Part shown: piece after piece, positions 1 through 14,072 of the stretch
Layout of the letters: the number at the start of each line of letters is the position of its first letter
Numbering within the stretch: position 1 is the stretch's first letter
From: Salpingoeca rosetta
Taxonomy: Eukaryota; Protista; Choanoflagellata
Reading direction: 5' to 3'
DNA: 64,000 nt
Assembly: GCA_033442325.1 (NCBI GenBank)
Contig: JAWQFM010000036.1
Coordinates: forward strand, 62,175 to 126,174
The notes under the pieces: generated by a model
Database searches by the model: none
The model's input: only the letters and a program-made list of their open reading frames with translations
Told to the model about the DNA's origin: nothing
Program-made: the position numbers and the translations under genes

Positions 1-58
1 TTCCCTCAAGAAAATCAAAGCCCGGTGGTGCGCCAACTCGTGTCGCGGGTGTGCTGTG

Positions 59-109
<51 letters not shown>

Positions 110-720
110 GTTGTTGTTGTTGTTGTTTGTGTGTGTGTGTGTGTTTTTTGTGTGTGTGTGTGTTTATACATTGCGTTGTCGCTGCTGTTTGTCACTCTTT
201 TCCTCCGTCCAGTTTCCTCCTTCAGTCCACTCACCAGTTTCACCTCATCCTTTGCCCCCTCTCCTCTCGCTCTGCTTGCCTTTCCCAGGAACAATCGGAA
301 GCGTTTGAGATTGGAAACTACAGATACTTTGACTTTGCACACTGGGTTGAGGTACGCATACGCGCCGTGATTCCGTATAAGCCGTTTGTCTTTCCACCTC
401 GCCATACTCTCACGCTCGTACACGCTCTGGCCCTTTGTTTGTTGTTGCCCTCGCCACAACACAAACAAACACATGCACATTCAAGTTTCCTCACCTCCCT
501 GCCATCACCACCATCATCACCACCATCATCACCACAACACTGATTGCGTGAGCAGAAGGAGCTGTCGAGTTTCCGCTTTGAGTACGAGCATTTGGAACGA
601 TCCGTGCCCCCAACGCCAGCGCAGCCGCAATCACAACAACAGCAACAGCAACAGCAACAACAACAGCGTTCGCGAAGTCGCAATGACGCGTCTCAGCCGC
701 AATCCAAGATTCGCACATGA
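1..720 (+). CDS. CCR4-NOT complex NOT2/NOT3/NOT5-family (NOT-box) protein, 3' end; exons <1-48, 289-351, 556-720
   Basis: Spliced C-terminus ..EQSEAFEIGNYRYFDFAHWVE|KELSSFRFEYEHLERSVP.. matches the NOT-box end (CNOT3 [30 protein letters not shown]; CNOT2 YERGTYYFFD..W..EFHLEYDKLE). GT/AG sites are in phase, TGA at 718-720. CNOT2 vs CNOT3 not resolved. Confidence 0.75.
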
Positions 721-1328
721 CATCGCACCGTGCCCCTCGCTGTTGCGCGCGTTGCTTCGTGTGTACGTGTGTGCATGCGTGTGTGTGTACATGACTGTGG
801 ATGTGTGTAAACGTATGTGTGTTTTGTATCGCTTCCATCGTTCGTACCTTCTTCTTACCTTGTATCTGTTGTTGTCGTTGTGGTCGTCAGCACCACCCCT
901 GGGTTTCGCGCGTGGTACCCGCCTCTTGTGTGTGCACGCATCTGTTTGCGAGGGTGGCTGTCGTGGTGACCGCATCTTAGCTGTGCAGTCTGTGACGAGG
1001 ACAGACAACATGGGGGCTTTGCTCCGGCTGCTTTGGTTGATGTTTAATTGCTGTAGCATCACCGCCACTGGGCCTCATATGCCTCTCTTCCTCTCCCCTT
1101 CAATGGCACCATCCCCCTCCCCTCCTCCCTCTCTCTGATTCACAATAAACAACAGCACCAACGAGCAACATGTGTGACAACACGACAATCCCAACGCAAC
1201 ACACATGCGTTTGTACATCCACACGTGCAGACACAGGCACAATCAAGGCAGCACACAACAAAAGAACAAGCACGTGCACGAACGCTCACACAACGCACAA
1301 GCGTGCACATACGTACGCAGGAAAGCAG

Positions 1329-1360
<32 letters not shown>

Positions 1361-1433
1361 CACACACACACGCCGAGCACAAGAAAGCACACCGACACGC
1401 TCATGCCATGCCGTTGACATGACATCTTCCTCT

Positions 1434-1695
1434 TCACATGGCTGTGGAGGGCCCGTCTTTGTGTGTGTAGTTGGCGGTGCCAGCGGTGGCGAAATCGGTG
1501 CTGGTGTAATCCTCCACGCTGTAATCGTCAACAGAGGGCCCGAGGAACGTGACACGGCGACCCCGTGCCCCCTCCATCTCCATCGCCTGGCACGCCTGTC
1601 CGCGCTGGTCCATGAGCAGACTCGTGTTGCGTGGTTGATGCGACAGCGCAACCATCGTGTGCTGCTCAAGACTGCCAAGAGACATGTCCGCAGAG

Positions 1696-1775
<80 letters not shown>

Positions 1776-2261
1776 TGAGTGAGTCAGTGTATGTATGTGT
1801 GTGTGTGTGAGTGAGCCAGTGTGTGTGTACATTGTGTGTGTGTGAGAAGTCGCACTTTTCACGCACTTCTGGTCAATCACACACACACACACACACACAC
1901 ATATCATGCCCGCGCACACCTTGCTTTCTGCGAATGTAGAGGATTGTGGCGATGATGACGATGATGGCTGCAGCGAGCACCACACCGAGAGCGACAAGGG
2001 GTACCGTGTTGTCACTGGATGAAGACTCGTCTGTGATCATGCCCACGGAACCAAGCGTACTGCTCGCTGCAGCAACACCAGACACCGTCACGTTGCGAGC
2101 AAACACGGCGTCGTGTACGATGCTACTGCGCTGAAGGTTGGCTGTAAGAGCAGCCGTATTGCTCAGCACAGCGCGCAGTGCGCGCGTCTGCGAAGGTGTT
2201 GCGTGGGCGCGAGTGTGTAGGTGCGAAGAGGATAAGGTGGTAGTGGGGATGATGATGATGT

Positions 2262-2297
<36 letters not shown>

Positions 2298-2336
2298 CGA
2301 TGATGATGATGATGATGATGATGGTCGCAATGATGG

Positions 2337-2411
<75 letters not shown>

Positions 2412-2635
2412 NNNNNNNNNNNNNNNNNNNNNNNNNNNNNNNNNNNNNNNNNNNNNNNNNNNNNNNNNNNNNNNNNNNNNNNNNNNNNNNNNNNNNNNNN
2501 NNNNNNNNNNNNNNNNNNNNNNNNNNNNNNNNNNNNNNNNNNNNNNNNNNNNNNNNNNNNNNNNNNNNNNNNNNNNNNNNNNNNNNNNNNNNNNNNNNNN
2601 NNNNNNNNNNNNNNNNNNNNNNNAATGATGGTGAG

Positions 2636-2712
<77 letters not shown>

Positions 2713-2959
2713 GTGGTGATGATGATGGTGGTGATGTGGAGGGGAATATTAGCAAAGGGTAGATGGGCGTGTAAAACTTGTGAAGAAGGAGCCAGTGAAT
2801 ACATGTTGGGTGACATGCACAGTGCACGCATCTACGCATGACACGCGTGTCACTTCATGTCTGCAGCCTGTACCTGGTATTTCGCCTTGGTGTCGGCCAC
2901 GGCCTCACCATCAACAGTGAACGACGAGCGCCGTTGCACATCCACTGTACACATGCGCA

Positions 2960-2994
<35 letters not shown>

Positions 2995-5900
2995 ACGTGT
3001 GTGTGTGCACGTGTGTGTGTGTGTTTGAGTGTGTGTGTGTGTGTGTTTAGTAAATGCGTTGCCCACGCTACGCAGCGTACTTAGCGAACGCCATCGCATC
3101 ATTACAATTCAAGCGCACTGTGCCTTCGCGTAAACTAAACTGTGCAGTGTGTTGTGAACACACCGAGGTATGTGAGGACAAGGGAGGATGGCTGCTGTGT
3201 GCCATCAGAAGCAAGAGAGATGATTGTTATGCGAACGTCCGGGAAGTCGCTCAGCGTATCACGCACGCCAGACGTCAGCACCTGCAGGGTGGAGACAATG
3301 TTGTCAGTGCATCAAGCCATGCATGGGTATGATGGGGACGATAACGGGATCACAGCACACACACATCCACTCACAACACAGACACACACACACAGACACA
3401 CACACACACACACGCATCCACACACACACACACACGCATCCGCTCACAACGTACACACACGCACACATTCACGCACAACAAACCACGCGCATTACAATGC
3501 CGCCGTGCAATGCCTCGTCACCTCTGTGAAGAGTTCATCCCAGTATCCAAAGCCCGTGCGCGCGTTCTCCTCATCAACACCGCCAATGACAAGGGCGCCA
3601 CGAGCCCAAATGCGATCTACCGTGGGGAGGGCGGTGGCGGCAGGCAGGGGTCCACACTCGCGGTCGCTGTTCGTTGGTTGGTTGATAGATGGGTGGGTGG
3701 GCGCGTGCGTGCGTGGTGTGGAGCCGTGTGATGCGGAGTGGTGTGATGTACAGTGGTGTGGTGTGATATGTCCGTGTGAGAACCACATATGCACGCAACG
3801 CATTCACACACTTGCGACACCACGCGACACCACCACCAATCATGCTCGTCGCCCTACCCATCCACATCATGATCATCATCATCACCTGGTTGCGGTCGGT
3901 GCCTTGGTCTCCAGCCCAAGTAGCGCATCGCCAATGGGACAGGAGCGAACAGCCATGCATGTCGTGTCCTCCACCAGCGAGCAGAACCGTGGCGCAAACA
4001 TTCCCTCAGCAGCCGCATACTGCCAGCATAATATGTGTATGTGTGTGTGTGTGTGTGTGTGCGTGTGAGAGAGAGTGTGTGTATGTGAGTGAGAGAGAGA
4101 GAGAGAGTGTGTGTGTGTGTGTCAGTCAGAACGCTGAGGTATGCTGTGCAAGTGCTCAGGAGCAAGCACCACTCAGCATTCTGCAGTTTACCACCGAACA
4201 GACATAGGCGCACCCAAGACGACGCGCTTGCACACATAACACACCTCACGCGGCCCACAAATGGTGCAGTAAGTACACTGCTTCACGCTGCCTGCAGGCA
4301 ACGGCCCTCCATTGCATGTGCCGACCGTCCGGAAGGACACTCCCCGCTGAAGAGCAAGAAACAGCCGCAATGGGATTGACAGGGACGTGACGTGAGTGAC
4401 TGATGCTGGGGTGTGTGAGGTCGTATGCTGTGAGTGAAGCTATTGGGGTGTTTCGATTACAAGCAGATACACCTGAAAACCACAAACACACACACACACC
4501 AGCACATGTGTGGCACGCATCTGCACACACTACCACCACCATGATGGCACCTCGCATGGCTCGCAGTCGACGCACTGCCGATCGGAATTGCGTGAGGGCG
4601 GAGCGCTCTCATATTGGCCGGTGGTGCACGGCGGTGACACGGGTGCACACTGTTGTTGTTGTTGGTGGTGGTGATGATGGTGATGGTGGTGGTGTGGTGG
4701 TAGGAATGAGGATGACCAGCATGTGGGTGAGTCGGTGACAAAGGTGCAGATGGGTGATGCATGTCGGATGTTATTCATGTCAACAACAAACATCAACAAA
4801 CACCAATACACACCAATACACACATGTGCACACGCACAAACAAACAAGAACCCACACATATACACGCAACACTGCACACAACCACGTAACAACAGCAACA
4901 GCAGCAGCACAAGCACGCGAGTGCGTGTGCACCTGGCGATTGGATGTTGGTGTCGGTGGCATGTCCTCATATTCACCATCAACACACGCGGTGATGGCGC
5001 CACTGCAGCACAGACACAACACGGGATGAAGCAATGTGTGCAGTTGTGGTGATGGCAACAGTGGTGGTGGTGGTGGCAACAGTGCACACTCTCACTCACA
5101 CATGTACACACACACTCTCTCTCATACAGATTCACAAACACAAACAAGCACACAAGCACACACACACGCACGCACTGTCACCCTCAGCCACCTCCCCGAT
5201 CACCAGCACAAGCGGCAACTCACCACACTCTGTCGGTGGTGGCCGTGGGAGGGGTGACCTCATAACCATCGATGCACACCGTGAGTGGCTGGCACCCAAG
5301 CTTTGCCGCATCAATGTACTCATCTTGACCACACCCCGCCACGCACTGGGCCACACTTGCACTGGTGGCAGAATAACATACACACACACCCACACATCCA
5401 CACATACAGGTGGAAAGTGAGACAGACAGGAAAGCGCATGCACAACTCCACTCCAAGGCGTGCCATCTACAATCACATCGACATTGCAAACACACGAGCA
5501 TCAACAAGCGCAACCAACTCCCGTCACGTCAGTTGTCCCTCAATTCTCCACCTCCCCATCCGCTCTTGTTTGGAACACAACTTACACTTCCCACTGCCCG
5601 TCCTGGTCGCAGGCGTACGATGGCGTTCCAACAAGAGTGTGACCTGCCTCACAGCGGAAGTGCCTTGGACCGCACACGCTCTGCAGGTGAAGTGATAGCA
5701 GTGATAGTGGTGTGCGATGAAGCAAATACATACATAGGTGAGGCTGCGGAAGGTCAAAATACAGAAATGCAGCATGCCCTTTGCGCTAACATGGTGGTCA
5801 CTCAGCACAGCTTGGTATAAATGCAATCCACCACCACCACTACCACCATCATCATCATCAATAGCATGGCCACCATCGCCACCACCACCACCACCACCAC

Positions 5901-8072
5901 CACCACCATGCATAACACCATCACCAGCACCTGGTCGACTACAGTGCCATAGCAGTCCTGAATCTGCACGAGTCCAGCCGGAAGCGCTGGTACGCGAATG
6001 GGGCACAGCACTTGCTCGCAGGCAAGCGACGCCAGCGCCTGGGACGACCATGTGCCGTCACGCCCACACGTCGTTGATGCGACGGTTCCTTCCAACACGT
6101 ATCCAGCTGCACACTCAAACACGCACGTGGAGTTGTAGCGGTTGCCCTCGCTGCACGCGGCGCTGAGACGTGTATCTGACGAGACGTCCGCAAACGCATC
6201 GCCAACAGCTGGGCACAGCACGGGCTCGCACGTCGGTTCAGCGACCACTGCCCACTGTCCCGTCGGCAGGCATACGGCAGACATTTCGCCCTCCCCGACC
6301 GCCTGCTTGTAGCCATCCTCGCATCCAAGCAGGCAGCGAGCACCGGGCTGTGTGAATGGGCACCTGGCAACAACACGAGCAGCCGTCAGTTGCGGCAACA
6401 CTGTGCACTCGAGCATCGTTGTCGTGGTTGTGGTCGTTGACTGCTTTGGCAGCAGCGTCGTCGTGGTTGTAGTTGTGGTGGTGGTTGTGGTAGTTGTTGT
6501 GGTGGTTGTGGTAGTTGTTGTGGTTGTGGTGGTGGTTGTGGTGGTGGTTGTGGTGGTGGTTGTGGTGGTGGTTGTGGTGGTTGTGGTAGTTGTTGTGGTA
6601 GTTGTGGTGCTGGTTGAGGTTGTAGCTATGGTTATTGTGGTTGACGTTGTGGTCGTGGTGGTTGTTGTTGCGCCTGTGGTAGTGACAGCAGCTGTTGAGG
6701 CCGCAATGGTTGTTGTGCTTGTTGTGCTTGTTGTGCTTGTTGTGCTTGTTGTCGTGGTGGACGTCGTGGTGCCCATGCCCATCGATGTGGTTGTCCTTGT
6801 GGTGGTAGCTGATGCATCCCTGGTGGTTGTGGTTGTCGGCGTGGTCGTTGAAGATGTGAACATATCACCAGTCGTGGGAATCGCAGTGCTTGTTGTTGTC
6901 ACTTGCGTTTGTGGTGACACGGTCGTTTGCATACTTGGCGTGCCTGCCGTCGGTGTCAGTGCCTCGGATGTCGTCGTCGTCCCCGTTGTTGTTGTTGTTG
7001 TTGGAGACGTGAACATGTCCCCAGTCGTGGGAATCACTCTTGTCGTGCTGGTTGTGGTGCTGGTTGTGGTGCGCGTCGTCTGACCAGCCAGCGTCCCCAC
7101 CGCAGTCGTCGTCTCTGTGACTGTGCTTGCGCCGTTTGAAGTCGTTGAGACGCTGGTGCTGACGGGAACAGGCGTGACCGCGCCATCGCGGGTGCTTTCC
7201 GTCGTCTTTGGCTGACACGTGTTGAAGAGCGACACCTCGCAGTAATCCGTGGGGCAAGCGGCCGCTGAGAAGAGCCCGCACGGTGGTTGCAGGCCGGCAT
7301 CGGCGCACTGGCCTTGGTCACCCTGATCCCCGGTGTACCAGGTGCAGTTGCCGTCGGCGCCTGTGCAGGCGGCCTCGTCAAAGTAGAGATGGCATGGCGC
7401 GGACACGCCCGTGTCCACGCAGGTGTTGGCGCCCGTGTCGTAGGAGCAGCGGTCTGTGGGACAAACGCTCTCGCTGGCGTATGCATTGCACGGCGGTTCG
7501 TCTCCTTCCTCAGCACAGTACAAAGCGTCGCTGAAGTACGTGCAGCCGCCAAACGCCACGCAGTCCTGCTCGTTGAACAGATCCGTGCATGTGCTGGGCC
7601 TGCACGCTTGCGCGGCAACGTCGTACGTGCAGAAGGGGCGGCTGTAGCAGTTGAGCAGCGAAAGCGAGGGGCACACTGATGGCGTGTCTGTCGTCGTTGT
7701 TGTTGTTGATGACGATGCCCCAGGTGTGGTCATGCTGGGCATCGAAGGTGCTGGGGCAACACTGCTCGCAACATTGTTGCCCTGGGTCATCGTGGTGGAT
7801 GTCGACGATGTCGTTGCACTCATCGTTGTGGTCGCGCTTGTGATTGCCATTGTCGGCGTAGGTGGGAGAGTGGTTTGTGGAAGTGTGGCTGGGGACAAGC
7901 GGTCTGGGCGACTGGATGTTGTTGACGATGATACTGACGCTTGTGGCAGCCTTGGCTTAGTCATGTTCATTGCAACTGTTGTTGTGATCGTGGTTGGTGT
8001 GGTGGTGGACGCTGTTGCGATAGCAGCCAGCGCACACCAGCAGCACACCACAACACCAACGGCCCTTCTCAT
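1434..8072 (-). CDS. Large type I membrane protein: signal peptide, Thr-rich mucin stalks, Cys-rich repeats, 3 sushi/CCP domains, TNFR-like Cys repeats, TM helix, Tyr-containing tail (multi-exon)
   Basis: ATG 8072 MRRAVGVVVCCWCALAAIATA (signal-like). Large exon to ~5932 with sushi patterns (C..GY...G.....C..G.W....C). Small exons spliced in phase (VDQ|SVCGPRHFRCEAGH..GQWE; TTDRVC; TSNRQC; NSDRQC). TM VPLVALGVVLAAAIIVIIATILYIRRKQ at ~1920-2005. Last exon ~1696-1434 ends ..GPSTAM*. An exon may lie in gap 2412-2623. Confidence 0.8.
2248..2735. repeat. (GAT)n microsatellite spanning assembly gap 2412-2623
   Basis: Direct reading; representative of the very many (GT/CA)n, (GAT/CAT)n, (GTT/CAA)n, (GGT/CAC)n and (CT)n tracts across the window. 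Confidence 0.95.
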
Positions 8073-8073
8073 G

Positions 8074-8131
<58 letters not shown>

Positions 8132-8998
8132 NNNNNNNNNNNNNNNNNNNNNNNNNNNNNNNNNNNNNNNNNNNNNNNNNNNNNNNNNNNNNNNNNNNNN
8201 NNNNNNNNNNNNNNNNNNNNNNNNNNNNNNNNNNNNNNNNNNNNNNNNNNNNNNNNNNNNNNNNNNNNNNNNNNNNNNNNNNNNNNNNNNNNNNNNNNNN
8301 NNNNNNNNNNNNNNNNNNNNNNNNNNNNNNNNNNNNNNNNNNNNNNNNNNNNNNNNNNNNNNNNNNNNNNNNNNNNNNNNNNNNNNNNNNNNNNNNNNNN
8401 NNNNNNNNNNNNNNNNNNNNNNNNNNNNNNNNNNNNNNNNNNNNNNNNNNNNNNNNNNNNNNNNNNNNNNNNNNNNNNNNNNNNNNNNNNNNNNNNNNNN
8501 NNNNNNNNNNNNNNNNNNNNNNNNNNNNNNNNNNNNNNNNNNNNNNNNNNNNNNNNNNNNNNNNNNNNNNNNNNNNNNNNNNNNNNNNNNNNNNNNNNNN
8601 NNNNNNNNNNNNNNNNNNNNNNNNNNNNNNNNNNNNNNNNNNNNNNNNNNNNNNNNNNNNNNNNNNNNNNNNNNNNNNNNNNNNNNNNNNNNNNNNNNNN
8701 NNNNNNNNNNNNNNNNNNNNNNNNNNNNNNNNNNNNNNNNNNNNNNNNNNNNNNNNNNNNNNNNNNNNNNNNNNNNNNNNNNNNNNNNNNNNNNNNNNNN
8801 NNNNNNNNNNNNNNNNNNNNNNNNNNNNNNNNNNNNNNNNNNNNNNNNNNNNNNNNNNNNNNNNNNNNNNNNNNNNNNNNNNNNNNNNNNNNNNNNNNNN
8901 NNNNNNNNNNNNNNNNNNNNNNNNNNNNNNNNNNNNNNNNNNNNNNNNNNNNNNNNNNNNNNNNNNNNNNNNNNNNNNNNNNNNNNNNNNNNNNNNNN
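8132..8998. other. Assembly gap (others: 2412-2623, 15774-16657, 17883-18358, 40679-41169, 58952-59051)
   Basis: N runs, each flanked by microsatellites. Confidence 1.
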
Positions 8999-9055
<57 letters not shown>

Positions 9056-9092
9056 GACAGACACACACACAGACAGACAGACAGTGGCGTAC

Positions 9093-11114
9093 CGTCCTGA
9101 AACTCGGTCGGGTAGTACTCGGTGGTGTCGGCGGTGGTGTCGATGTCCGTCGGCTTCTTGCCGGCCATCTGGTGATGGTGGTGATGATGATGGAAAGGGG
9201 GAGCACATGGGACGTGTTAGGACCATGCAGCATACAGCCACACGTGAGGCGAACAGTAAGCACAGAACAGAGCACAGCAGCAAGAGCAACAACAGCATGA
9301 AGAACAAACAAACATCAACGAGGCAACACAGTTGTGGCGCACTGCTCACCGATGCAGAGTTGTCTGCCTCCCAATCCTGGTACTCAGCAAACCTGTGCAC
9401 AGTCCAAACAAAGCAGCAGTGTGTGTGTGTGTGTGTGTGAGTGTGTGTGAGTGTGAGTGAGTGTGAGTGAGTCAGGTGTGGCCAGACACGAGGCTTGCAT
9501 GCGCTCGTCACCACCCACAACCATCATCAGTACCACCACCACCACCACCACCACCACCGCCAACATCTCGATCATCACCTGGTGCGGTGGGGGTTGAGCT
9601 TTTCCTTGAGCTCCGGGGTGCAGAGTTCAAACACATCGAGTGACATGGGGAACTTCACATCCTGTTGGGGGGGGGGGTGGTGATGTCGTGATGGAAAAGG
9701 AGATGTTAAGGGAAGGGCAAGATGTAGTGGCGATATCGTACAAGCGTATAAAGGTCAAGGTTCACACACACACACACACACACACAGACGAACAGAGACA
9801 AACACACACACACACACACCTTTCTGATTTTGCAGTTTTCCTGGGTGGAGCGCTTGAAGTAGAAGCGGACAAAGTTGATGGCGAGAAACGCCGGCAGCCG
9901 CGAAACCAGACTCTAAACATGGTACGTGCGCGTGTGCAAGCGTGTACGTGTGTGTACATGTGTGTACGTGTGTGTACGTGTGTGCGATGAGATGAGTCGT
10001 AAGGTGAGAGTGAGATCAGCATTCGACACAAAGGCAAAGGAAGGCAATAACCTGGCAAACAAACGCATTGAGCAGACAAACAAATCACATCAACAAACCA
10101 CCAGCAAGCGGCAACGATGCCTGATCCACCACCACGCCTACCAACCGACCACCAACACATCACTACCACGCCTACCAACCGAACAACAACCCACGACCAC
10201 CACGCCTACCAGCCGAACAACAACACACCACCACGCCCACACCTGCTTCTTGTAGATTGCATCACGGCCGAGCGTGGGCGATGCTTTGGTGATCTCCTCC
10301 TCAAGCGCCCGCTTCAGACCAGCCATCACAAACCCAATGTCTGCACAAATGTTGGCCGTTCGTGGTGCGTGTTTGGGTAGAGCGAACGTGAATGGTGGTG
10401 ATGGTGGTGAAAGAAGTGATCTTTGAAGATGGAAACATACATGCGAGACACACATCACTCAACACATACACACACACATACACAACCTAACACACACAGC
10501 CAAAAGATATAGACAGACACATTCAGATAAAAAGATACACACACACACACGCACACACCCACACACACGCACACCCACCCACACACACACACACCACCCA
10601 ACATTCACGCCGCACCCTTGTCGATGTGGCAGGAGAGCTGGAGGTTTGAGGCGCGGGAGACAACGGCTTCCTCCTGTCGCACCGCAATGTCAACGGCCGA
10701 ATCACAAAGAGGGGATTGGGGGGGGGGGGAGTTGGTGGTGGTGTCAGTCACAGGAACAGGCAGGGTCGAGTAGGCAGGGTAGAACATAGTGCTGCGCACA
10801 CACACCGATACACACACCGATACACACGCACACACCCACGCACACACGCACCCCCACCCATACCGACACACACACACACACACGCACACACACACAAAAT
10901 CCAAGCATCTGCACCTCTGGGGCCTCTGTGCATGCGAGGGTGTCTGTGCGATCGATGCCAAAGTACTGGCTGATGGGTCCGCCACGCGGAAACGCCGTCG
11001 ACGCGCCGTCACCGCCGCGCAGCGACGTGTCCAGCGCCCGCGACAACACACCCCAAAACTCATTCGCATCCTGCACCCGAGGGGAGGGGGGGGGGGTTTG
11101 AGTTGGTTGCAGTG

Positions 11115-11183
<69 letters not shown>

Positions 11184-13550
11184 GTGACGTGCAATGAGAA
11201 GGTGTTAACATGGATGAAGACTTGCGGACAACCAGAGCGCGAGTGTGAGCGAGTTTGTGCATTTGCATGCATGAGTGCGCGCGTGCACCTGCTGTGCCGG
11301 GTGCCCCTGTTCCGTCTGCGCAAATTGCGGGTTGACCTGGCGAAGCGTCTGGTGGCGGCCAAACACACACACACACACACACACACATGGACACATGGAC
11401 AAAGAGTGAGCGCACACGTCAACGGGCTGTCGTTGGTGACAGAGTGGCATTGAGATTCAACAGCATTTCGTGACAATTGCAACAACCAGCACCACCAGCA
11501 CCACCACCAAACACTCTCATCACACTTTCATCAATCCACCACCACCACCACCCCTGTCCTACCATGAGGAACCCCATGAGGGCCATGTCGAGGCCCGAGC
11601 GGTCCGTGTCGTTGTCCATGATCGTGTACATGCGCTGCAAATGCTGCACCATCGCCGCGCGGCCATCCCCGCCAGCAACACTCCCGCTACACACACACAC
11701 ACACACACATGTGCAGAGGGGGAGGGGATGAGCACATTCATTCAAACACACACACACACACACAGACACACACATGTGTGTTGTCACCTCTTGATGAGAT
11801 CACGGAGGCTGTCTGCCGTCTTCAGGCACTGGTGGTCCAGTCAATGCACCCCGATGGTGATGATGAAGGATGGTGTTGTGTAGATGAGAGATGTGTACAT
11901 AAGTGTGCGTGTGTGCGTGCGTGTTTTCAGGTTGGTGTTCGGGTCGTTGGTGTGAGCAGCGGTACGAATCGTTGCATGGCGAAAACGAAGCCACCAGTCA
12001 CCCGACATGAGCTCGCCCTTGCACGTTCGCGCAAAAAACGCACACAGTTGCGTAACAACAGTGCACACGCATGTGTGTTTGCGCTATGCCCTTCCACCCT
12101 CCATGCCTGCATTGCTTGCGTGCACGTACCTGGAGGGTGGCGTTCATGTAGCACGTGTTGCCCAGGTTGGCGAGACCAGCGGGGTAGTTGTTCTGCAATG
12201 ACACGTGTCGGCATGGTGATTTGATGATTTGATGACGTGGTGGTGCGGCGGCGATGATGAGGAGCGTGCAGACGCAACGAGCGTGCCGATTGGTGGGGAG
12301 AGGAGACACCAACACGAGGTGAGCGAAAGACGCACATGCACACGTGCGAACCAGAGTACAGGCACACACGTGTACATACACGGACACACACACACACACG
12401 TGTACATACACCGACACACAGACACGCACACACACAACAATACACACATACACCGACACACAGACACGCACTCACGTGTACATACACGGATACACAATAC
12501 GCACCACGACGGCGGTGTCTGGGAGTTCGTCTGCAAACTGGATGTCGTCCGGCTCATCAGGCAGCTCCCCAGCGGTACCCTGTCATGCACATACACACGG
12601 CACACGTGAGGGAAAGACGGCAGATGTGTGGTGGCGACAGTTAACAAAACGTAATGAGGGACGTCGATCACGCCGCGACTGTGCCCGAGGACAACAGCGA
12701 GTTGGACAGCAAGCCATGTGACACGTGCGCACCATGAGCAGGACGGAGGCCTTGTTCTTGATGGGAAACTTCTCCCACGTATCCTGGCAAGGCAATCACA
12801 GTGAAACGTGGGACACAGGTGCGTGTGTGTGTGTGTGTGTGTGTGCGAGTGAGAGAGAGAGAGAGAGACGGTTGGCCACACAGTCAGGAAAAGGCCGACG
12901 CGGGAAGAAGGAGAAGACAAGTAAAGCCCACAAACAACATTCCCACAAACGACACACACACACACACACACATACACACACCTTAAGGGTCATGCCCTTG
13001 CACATGATCTTCTGGCCCTCTGGTGGCACGCCCGTGAGGGAGAAGAGCTGCGCACGGAAAGCATCGGGGTCCTGTGTGTGTGTTTGGAATTGTGTGTGCA
13101 TGCGTGTGTGTGTGTGTTTGTGTTTGTGCGTGTGTGTTATGTGCGCATCTGTGAGGTTGTTGACATGCAAGAAGCATAGCGGTGGAAACAAACCTCAGGC
13201 AACACCCAAAAAACAAACACACTCAAACAACACAAGCAAAATGTACTCACACCACCAGCGCATGCACCCACCTCGTCGGTGTCGACTTCGACGTCCTTGA
13301 ACACCTCCTTGCCCCACTTGATCTTAACTGTCGTTGTTTGAGCCAGGCATCACACCACGCGTGCAGCCATGCATCATGTCAATGCAGTGTCGATCCGAGT
13401 TTGCCTTTTCACACGCACGCAAACACGCACACACGCACAGACGCACAAACACACATGTACACACGCAAACACATGCACACACACACATGCACGCCTTTCT
13501 TTGGCGCTCTTTTGTAGCGCTGGCATGCACGTACCAGTGAACTTTCCCAT
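9093..13550 (-). CDS. USP14: Ubiquitin carboxyl-terminal hydrolase 14 / Ubp6; 3' end lost in gap 8132-8998
   Basis: UBL: MGKFT|[19 protein letters not shown]|[26 protein letters not shown]. Cys box [18 protein letters not shown] (~12130-12190), QQ|[64 protein letters not shown]. His box not visible. Confidence 0.95.
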
Positions 13551-13978
13551 GGCGATGGTGCTTTTGCCGGTGGCTCAGACAGTGTGTGAAGACGTGTGTG
13601 TGTGTGAATGGAGTGGATGGTGGTTGCTTCGACTCGCTCTCTGCCGTTTCTTTCTTCTTGCGCTGCTGTCGTCAGAAAAAAGTGCAAGGGTTGGTCGACA
13701 GGCGACACATGAAGATAAACAATCAAGTTGAAAAATCAGCATGTAGAAAATTATGGTGAAATATAAGCCAATATTCGCCCAAATACAAGTTGAACGTGAA
13801 ATTTACCTCAATTTTCCTTGTTTGCGACAGCACAAAACGGACCTGACACAGGTGGGTGGCAAGTTTGGTGGATGATGAGTGGGCTGAGAGGGTGGGGGGT
13901 GGGTGAAGTAAGGGGAAGCATGTCAATGTGCATGCTTTCCTCCTCCTACTTTTGGCAGAGCTGTCACATTTCATCTGA

Positions 13979-14072
<94 letters not shown>

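Noticed and set aside
5802-9311. 1169-aa ORF as a single protein
   Set aside because: It is open only because it reads through Ns. The real coding part starts at ~8072, and the 9093-9168 segment belongs to USP14 in another frame.
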